Origin: Oikopleura dioica
Taxonomy: Eukaryota > Animalia > Chordata
Length of the DNA stretch: 64,000 nt
Direction of reading: 5' to 3'
NCBI GenBank assembly: GCA_907165135.1
Contig: OU015566.1
Span: 10,664,001 to 10,728,000, forward strand
Shown here one piece after another: positions 56,498 through 64,000 of this stretch; positions within the stretch are counted from its first letter, which is position 1, and each line of letters opens with the position of its first letter. A model generated the notes under the pieces. That model was not told the origin of the DNA. It was given only the letters and a program-made list of their open reading frames with translations, and did not search any database. The translations under genes and the position numbers were made by a program.

Positions 56498-59400
56498 CTA
56501 CTCTTTCGTCCATAGACCTTTCGGATCTGCGCGTGTTTCGTAGAAGTTTGGCGGTAGATTCATGACCACCAAGAGCTCCCGAGGCAGCTTCCTCATGTTG
56601 GCTACCTTCGCATTCTAAGAAAGATATCAACAGACGAATAAGAGGTAAGACATACCAATTGACTCATATCTCGCTCCCATTCTTTTCTTCCGGCTGTTCT
56701 GAACCATTGCCCGATTCGTAAAGCTTTGTTGGCAATGGTGTTGATTATTTTCGTCTTGGCTTCGAGCGACGCAATGATTGAAATAACTGTCTTCGCACGC
56801 GCAATCATTTTGTCGTGCGCTTCGTCCTTGCAGCCCCCGTATGTGTGCAAATATGCGTACAGGTTATGCATTTGGAGGATGAAATCTTAAAATCCAATAA
56901 AGAAATGAATTGAAACAAAACTTGGGTTCACTACTACTCACTTCGCACGTCTTTCACGCCGATTTCCTCTCCTGGACAAGAAGCCTTCCGAGAGAAGGGA
57001 ACGATGAACTGAATGAATCTTGAATAAACCATTCTCTTCGCAAACGGGTAGTTCTTAACGCTCATGAAGAGTCGGAATACGTCTTTTCCAGCATCAAAAT
57101 CCTAACGATAGAGTAAGCCTTGTCAAGTAGTGATTTACCTACTCTTTCCTTCATTTGGAAGGTGGTCTCATTCAAGTCTTCTTCGATCTGAGCCGCTCTC
57201 ATCTTAGTGATTTCTTGCGTCAGGTTTGAACTAGCTTCTTTCATTTCTTTTGTGTCGCTCTTGAGGAATAAATGGCCGAGTCTTTCTTGTTTCTTATCGA
57301 CAGACTGTTTGCTGTTGAAATGAAGTCGGCCAATAAAGACATTGTGCTAAATGATATTTGAGTGCGAATCGTCTTTGGCGGAGGCCGTACCTTTTGGCCA
57401 TACTGCTGAATAGCAGTGTATGGAATTGTATTGAGCAAACGGCAAATGAAGATGTCATCATGCGAGAAGAAGCTGGGGATGCCCTTCGAAACCATCAAAC
57501 AATAAATGTCTAAATAAATTGATTCAAAAAGCATCCTCGTTGATTTCAAAACTTACAGAAAACCATCGCTGAATTCGGACCTGCCTGTTGCTTCTCGGGA
57601 ATCTCAGTCTTGCTGATAAAGTCTCCCAAAAAGAGAGCAAAATTATGAAGCTGTTTTAGATGCCAATGATGTTCCTTTAGACACGAGGAATCTTCGAAGA
57701 CGGAGAAAACCATCGTAACGAACATCAACAACAGACCTTCGATCTTTTGAAAGTCTTCCTTCGGCGCAACCTCATACGGAGGGAAGCTGTCAGTGATTTG
57801 CGTGATCTCCTGCTGGATATTCTGAACAATTCTTCTGAAAACAGCTTCTCCGTTGTCGTTGCAAAGAAATCGTCTAAGTTCTGTCTCGTGAGGAATGAGA
57901 GCTATCCAGTCGGAGAAAGTAACCGTATCGGGTGTGTCGATAACCGTCACTGTTTCCTCCTTGTGTATTTGATGTCGCAAGCAGAGAGACTCCTTTAGCA
58001 AGTTTTTCATCTGTCCAACGAATTTACCAATCTTATATTGTGGACTTTTGACCTTATTTCTTGGCTGCGCCAATCTTTCGGTGATGTATTCAATCTTATT
58101 ATCGGTGGACCAACTCTGATAATTCTCGGGCGGCCAGGCTGTCGACTCGTTCGAGTTTTTTGAAGTATTTGTCGCATTATCAAGTACAATTAGATCCGGA
58201 ACTGGAAGCTTCTCTTGAGAAGACTCACTGGTCCGACCCGAGAGTCTGGTTGAGCGACGCGTTTTGGTGGCAGAACTATAAGTTTTGTTTAGTTTAAATA
58301 AATTTAATTCTTGGAAATTTACCTGGGTGAAGCTTGCTCTTCCACTACTTCCATCTGTACTATCTTTTCTTGGTCGTTAGTTTCAGCCATGGGAACTGGC
58401 TCCGCGCTTGGATCGTCAATAAAGAGCTCCGAACCTGATTGCGAATCATCGTCAATCTTCAACGAGTCTTGCGAGCGATCTGCTTCGGCAATTTCCAACG
58501 GGCCGGACTCATCCTCGGAATCAGAGTCTAAAGCCAGACCGCACTGGTCTATCAAGGCGGCGGACATCCGCCTCTTCTTTTCTTCGTCATTTTCGTTCGC
58601 GACTTCTGCCATTTTCTGATTGATATCAGCCTCTTCTTCTTTGGACAGTTTATTGCCGGAGTCTACTTCCATCTTCTCATCATCCTCGTTGCTTTCGGAG
58701 TTTTTCTGATCATTGAGATTCTTTTCCTCAACTGACGGCGCCGAATCATTCGTTTTTGTACTGATTGAGCTACCAGCATCTGAACTTATGGTCTTTTCTT
58801 CATCAAGTTTCAACTTTGGAGCAGATTCGAGGGGAACAGTCTTCTCGGTCTTCACAGGGCGTTTATGGAGAGGAGTGATATTCATGTCCGGAGCCTGTTC
58901 TACTTGTTTAAAAATCGAACCGATGATATCGTTCTCGTTCACGGCAGTCTTTCCTTGATCTTTTCCATTTTCAGTCGCTTTATTCTCCGCTGGTTTCGTT
59001 AGTTTGTTTTTCGCGTCTTCGTCTTCCGATTCCGAGCTTGAAGATTCTTCAGAACTAGAGGAGTCTGAAGCAGAAAGCCCAAGGTTGGACGTTTCAGAGG
59101 TAGAAACACCAAGCATGCGATCAAGATCAGCAGCTCCTGCTTCGAGATCTGATTCTTCTTCCTTTTCCTCGTCCTCCTTCTTCTTTTCAGCAATGATTTC
59201 TTTCGCACGCCTGATGCAGAGATTCTTCGAGTACTGACATTGCTTAGCCTTTGTGATAAACTCGGAAGGGGGATCTTCTCGAAGTCGTAATCGTACTTGA
59301 CTACAAGCTCTTTGATCTTTTCCGTAACCCACTCATCGCTTCTTCCTTTTCTCACCGTTTTCTTTTTTGGCTCTTCGTCTTTCTTGGCTGTTTCCTTCTT

Positions 59401-60669
59401 TTTCTTAGCAGATTCTTGTTTTTTACTAGCGACCTCTTGCTTGTTTTCCTTTGAAAACATCTCGGAGAAGGCTTTCTTCGGTTCAGGTTTGAAAATGTTC
59501 CCGACTGGCTGGTTGTTCTTAGCGGCAGTGCTTATCACCCGCTTTTTAAGCTTTGCTAGGGGGTTGTTTGCCTCACTTGAAGCCTTTCTCTTGTTGGTGA
59601 TGGAAGATACAACAGCTGAAAGTGATTTTTGGGGCTGCTTTGGAGGAGTCGGCTTTGAATTTTGTCGGGTGATGTTTCTCGCATTTGCGGGCGGATTGAC
59701 TGATTGAGCAGAAGCAGCAGCAAGCAATGATGGTGGAAGGGTAACACCAGTTGTTGGGCGGAAGATTTCTTCAGCAGGAGCAGGGGCTGGTTCAGGAAGC
59801 GTCCCTGAAACCGGCCTCTCTTGCTTAATAGCAATAGTAGGAGCTTGGTGAGCCACTCGAGGTTTGGCATTCGAGGGGTTTACAGGAGCAGAAATAGGCT
59901 TTTGTGGAAGAACAACGCCAGTGGTTGGTCGCAGCGGCTCTTCTACTGGAGGTAGGCTTGGCATAAAGATCTCTTTGTCAGGTTCAGTCTTGAATGGAAG
60001 CGGGGGAGGTGGAATCGGACTTATAATAGGCTTTGAAGAAGTCGTCATTCGCGAAGGATGACCATTGACCGGTTCAACGAGGTCTTGTATCGTCATCGGT
60101 CTCGAAATTATAGACCCAGACGCACTGGACATATTTCCAGCTCGAGATACAGCTACCGAGTTCACAACCGAAGATGATCCATTAATAATCGACTCAGGTA
60201 TCACATTGACCCTTTTTGTTGGCGACATCGGCTTGAGCGAAAGACCCATTTTTGGCGAGGGCATAATCGCTAGAGCCTTACTCGTGGTTGGAAGACGACT
60301 ATCAGGATTCATTCCCATGTATCCCTTTGTCGCTTGATTTCGAAGAAGACTGATTTCCCATTGATCAGATGCTTCTTTTGCTTCGAGCTTACATTTGAGC
60401 ATGTTGACTTCCATCCTAAATGTTTGAATCAAAATCTGTTAATCAAAACAAAGAGTCATTAAACCGCTAAATAGCAATACTAGGGAGGAAACTTACCGCA
60501 GCTGTCTAATTTCCTCATTAGCCCTAGCCAGTTCCTGCTCGTTGTTTCTACTTTGCGCCAGTTCCAGACTCATTTCATAGACTTTGTCTTTGTACTGCTG
60601 GACGTACTGGACTGGATAGTACTCCAGCGGAGGCGAATCCGATCTCTTTTGACCTACCGAGTCACTCAT
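56498..60669 (-). CDS. Large (>1100 aa) unknown protein: coiled coil, Pro/Lys-rich and acidic regions, SANT-like segment, helical C-terminal domain; one frameshift at 59268-59272
   Basis: ORFs 60493-, 58999-, 58319-, 57546-, 57241-, 57062- and 56602- appear to belong to one gene. The 58319 to 57546 junction (SP S|SATKTR..LAQPRNKVK) and the last exon were verified in frame; the remaining junctions were not fully traced. Confidence 0.6.
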
Positions 60670-60737
60670 GGTCACTCTAAATTGAATTCTGTTCAAGTTT
60701 GTTTTTTTCAAAAGAATAATTTAAAATAGATACTAAA

Positions 60738-61316
60738 TCAGGAATCTCCTAACGCTCCAGCAGGAATTGCTATACTGTTGCGATAGTTAAAAAAGATACC
60801 GTAACAAACGAAAACGAAAAAAATGGCGAATGGCAGATTTTTAAAGCTTTTCTTTCGCATTTCGCGTTGCCTTTCCATAGCCTGTTCTAAATAAATGGAC
60901 TGCAGTTCCTCATCCCTTGCCATTTTGGCCTTGAGTGCAGCGATTTTTTCGGCGGCGTTGGTCAGCGGAACAGTGTCTTTGACATACAGTTCGTCGAGTA
61001 TCTGCTGGCCCATGTCGTCAAGCTTCTTTTGTCTCTCGTATTCTTGTTGTTTCTGGGCGTTGAGCTCTTCGGAAATGTCTGTCAAGTGCACATTCGCTAG
61101 GAAAATTTAGTTTTGGAGTCATGGAAGAGTGCGCTTACTTTTTAATCCAGTGAAATCCGCGACTCTTTCTCGTTCACCCTGTTTTCTGACCATGTGTTGG
61201 CGAGTTTCCTTGTCTTCTAGATTCCCGTAAGCTTTGCTGGCGCTGGAATTCGACTCCATTCGGATTTGCCGACTAGCCCTATTTACAATTTGTATTCTTG
61301 CTAAACCGAATCTCAT
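60738..61316 (-). CDS. Unknown protein with N-terminal mitochondrial-type presequence and C-terminal TM (2 exons)
   Basis: MRFGLARIQIVNRASRQIRM (Arg-rich, no acidic residues), spliced aa|gtaag..cctag|cg to a coiled coil and LPFAIFFVFVCYGIFF. Confidence 0.6.
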
Positions 61317-61499
61317 GCTAAATGAATAAATGGATTGGTAAAGGATCGGGGTTTCGTGAAAAGTTATATTTCAAACATGTGTCAAAAAGAAGGAATGTTG
61401 AGACGCATTCGTTGAGATAAATTGTACAAAGTTGAGGTATAAAATATATAATATTTATAAGCTTAGAGTTTAACGATTTCAAGAAGTGGTTTTTTTCTG

Positions 61500-62400
61500 A
61501 AACGATTGTTTTTAACTATCTTTTTGTATAAGGTCTGTGTATCTGCAACTTGAAACAACAGAAAAAAGGCTGGTTAATAAAGGCTTACTCTTTCAGATCT
61601 TTGTCCAAAGAGGCCATCTTCTCGTCGAGTTCCTGGCTGGATTGTTCTTCGGTGATCTTGGAATACATCCGCTGCTGACGGGCCTTGAGTTTCCTCTTTG
61701 TTTTCCGAGTGGTGTGATCTTCGGGAAATTTGATGAAGCGGCAGCGAACGCGAGAAAAGGGCTTCGTCTCGGCTTTCGGATTAGTTTCGTCGATGATCGT
61801 GGGGAGGGCGCGAGCTTTTGGCGGAGAGTAGGGCTTGGTGTGCCACTCTTCTGGGGTTAGGTGGTGTTTTTTCTTGAAGATAGGGCGGGAGGGCTTCGGA
61901 AGACCAAGTTTGGTGATTTGAGGGTAAATGGCCTAAAATATTTACTTTACTTATAAACCAGCAGGGTATTCATACCTTGTTTAATTTTTTTGGTATTTTG
62001 ATTGGCACTTGAACAGAACTTTTCTTTGTAACTTCGCCACTGCTGCCGGATTCTATCTCAGGCGAAAGAGCCTGACTGTTTTCATCTGCTTGAGAAGGCT
62101 CCTGTAATGGCGCATGTGGCGAGAGGGTACTTTTGTCGACTGGCGAGGCAGGGAGATCGACGCGCGAAGGGGGGATGCCGAAATTAGCCGCAGCGTCGCG
62201 CGGCTTTTCTAGGGGGGAGTGCGTGTTCTCCTTCTCTCCCGGGTCGGCGATTTCGACGTCTGAATTGAAGGATAAATTTAGAATTTGACAATAATTGCTC
62301 ATGATAGTCAGACTATATAAAGGATCCCAAAATAATCATTTGATAAGTTACCTTTTGGAAGGACTAATCGACTTCTTCGCGACCTACGACCGCCGCTCAT
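61500..62400 (-). CDS. Unknown Pro/Ser-rich basic protein, first gene of the cluster (3' end approximate)
   Basis: MSGGRRSRRSRLVLPK exon, ORF 61970-62302, and a third exon ending RKTKRKLKARQQRMYSK..LDKDLKE, with GT-AG boundaries. Confidence 0.5.
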
Positions 62401-62553
62401 TGGTCTAAAAATAATCCAACTTTATTCTTCAAAACTTTCTCTTATTGAAAGTGTGAAAAAAGTAACGATTCTAGCCCCAAATTGCCATTATAATCGATGA
62501 GTTCACATGGAGATCTTGAGATTTTACGCTTCGTCTGTGAAAAATGCGCCGCG

Positions 62554-62561
62554 CTGATTGG
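62554..62561 (-). promoter_or_regulatory. CCAAT box (CCAATCAG) upstream of the operon
   Basis: Perfect NF-Y-type CCAATCAG on the minus strand next to a GC-rich gcgccgcgc, ~150 bp upstream of the first ATG. Confidence 0.4.
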
Positions 62562-64000
62562 CCGAGTACCGATCAGAACGAACCAAGAAATGGGAGGGAA
62601 AGAAAAGACTGAAAGCGAACTGATAGCTCTACTCTATCTCTGATACGACATATTTTCGCAGGACAACAGATAACTTCTTCTTGAGAGTTCAAAGCTGTGG
62701 GATAAACTTGAGAAAATGAACATGCTTTGAGGAATTCTAGAAATTTGCCCAAGAATCCTTCGAGTAAGCAAGTTCAGCCCTGTAAATCATCTTCTTGAAT
62801 TCCCATTTCAAAATTCTAGAGAGGTCTATTCGAGTCGAAGGCTTGAGTAGACAGGAGTTTAAAAAAGTTTCTTCATCAGACCTTTTTATGAACTGTCTAA
62901 CGAAGAAACGATTTTAAACTTCTCGCTATCAAAAAATATATTGAAGAATCATTTGATTTCAAATAGGAATAACCAGGAGCCCAAACTTGAATATCTAGAG
63001 AATTATGATGCGGTATTTTACTGTAATAATTCTGGAAATACGAAAGCATGAGGGACCAACTACCGAATCGATTCCGAAACTGTAACTGTCGAACTGACAG
63101 ATTATTCTTCCGCTGCCGGAGATGATCCCTTTAGGGCGTGACTCGGCAGTTTTTGACGTGACTCAGCGACGATCTTTAGAGTGGCGAATCGATTGAACAC
63201 TGTGGAACGTCCCAGTCGAAAACCGAGTAAAAATTAACAGAGAAACCGATTTGAGAATTAAATCATCGCAACTGAGAAAATAAGAAGAGAAACTTAAAGA
63301 AGCTTTTTCTTTTAACTTCCATTGAAACAAAGAGGTAAGATTGATGAAACGATGATGAACGGTAGATAAGGGCCAGCTACTTATAGTACAGTACTTACAG
63401 TACTTTTGATAAGGTAAAGAATAGCATCTGATAGGACCCATAAAATGTTGAAAACAGCTCTTGAAAATAGGGGTGGGGCGAACTTGTAAGGTCACCCTAG
63501 GTTAAAAACGGATTTCACTCTTCCTCCAGGCACAGCGTTTTTATTTTTATTATCCTCATTTTTTCGCTGCAAATTCATCTGAAAAGAAAGAGCTCAGTCG
63601 CTGCAAGAAAGCGTCAGGTATTTCTCCTGTCCGTTTTTCTGTTGACCTTTGTAAAGAATCGCTTCTTTCCCGGGTCTTTAAAAATTTATGTTTCCTCATA
63701 AAAAATTCCCTCTTCAGTTTTTTTTCTTTTCTAGAATTAAGAATCGTAATTATACTTTACGCTATGCGCAGTTTTCAAATATAATTTTTCTCTGAACATC
63801 AACGGTAACTTCTAAGAATTTATTCGTTACAATCACGAGACAGACCTTTCCTGTCCAAACTCCTGACGCTTTTTCTGTCTGAGTCACTGCGCAAATCTAA
63901 AATTTGAAATAGCACCATTTTTCGATCATTCGATTTTTCAAGAGATCTACTAATTGATTTTGACAGAGGGACACCTATTACCAAACGAATCAGAAGAAAA

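Noticed and set aside
58319-60432. DAXX or another named chromatin protein for the acidic ORF
   Set aside because: Only compositional similarity; no diagnostic motif recognised.

Overview
Compact eukaryotic genomic DNA with many ~30-75 nt GT-AG introns, genes 60-300 bp apart and AG acceptors just before ATGs. This suggests the larvacean tunicate Oikopleura dioica (inference; no database search run). The first ~21 kb is gene-sparse: a calmodulin-like gene, an intronless NFIL3/vrille-type bZIP and long non-coding flanks. Then come an aquaglyceroporin, SPAG6, a MAM + di-cysteine-repeat gene, Rab6 and several orphans. From 48.2 to 62.4 kb, eight minus-strand genes lie head-to-tail like an SL trans-spliced operon (kinesin-13/KIF2, a miniature ZZZ3, ZNF706, CFAP299, PPIL2 and three unknowns). 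Non-autonomous DNA elements are abundant: a hAT MITE with 8-bp TSD, a TA-flanked MITE, a 2.4-kb nested foldback, and three related GATG...CATC foldbacks whose flanking duplications are 3, 4 and 5 bp; one carries a spliced cargo mini-gene inside a KIF2 intron. The most striking unexplained signal is a pair of structured ~215-240 nt Pol III-like units antisense to Rab6 (30319-30556, ~31398-31615). They share an upstream AAGCATAAA box, an A-box at matching spacing and a 3' hairpin-T-run module; the first has vault-RNA-like ends.
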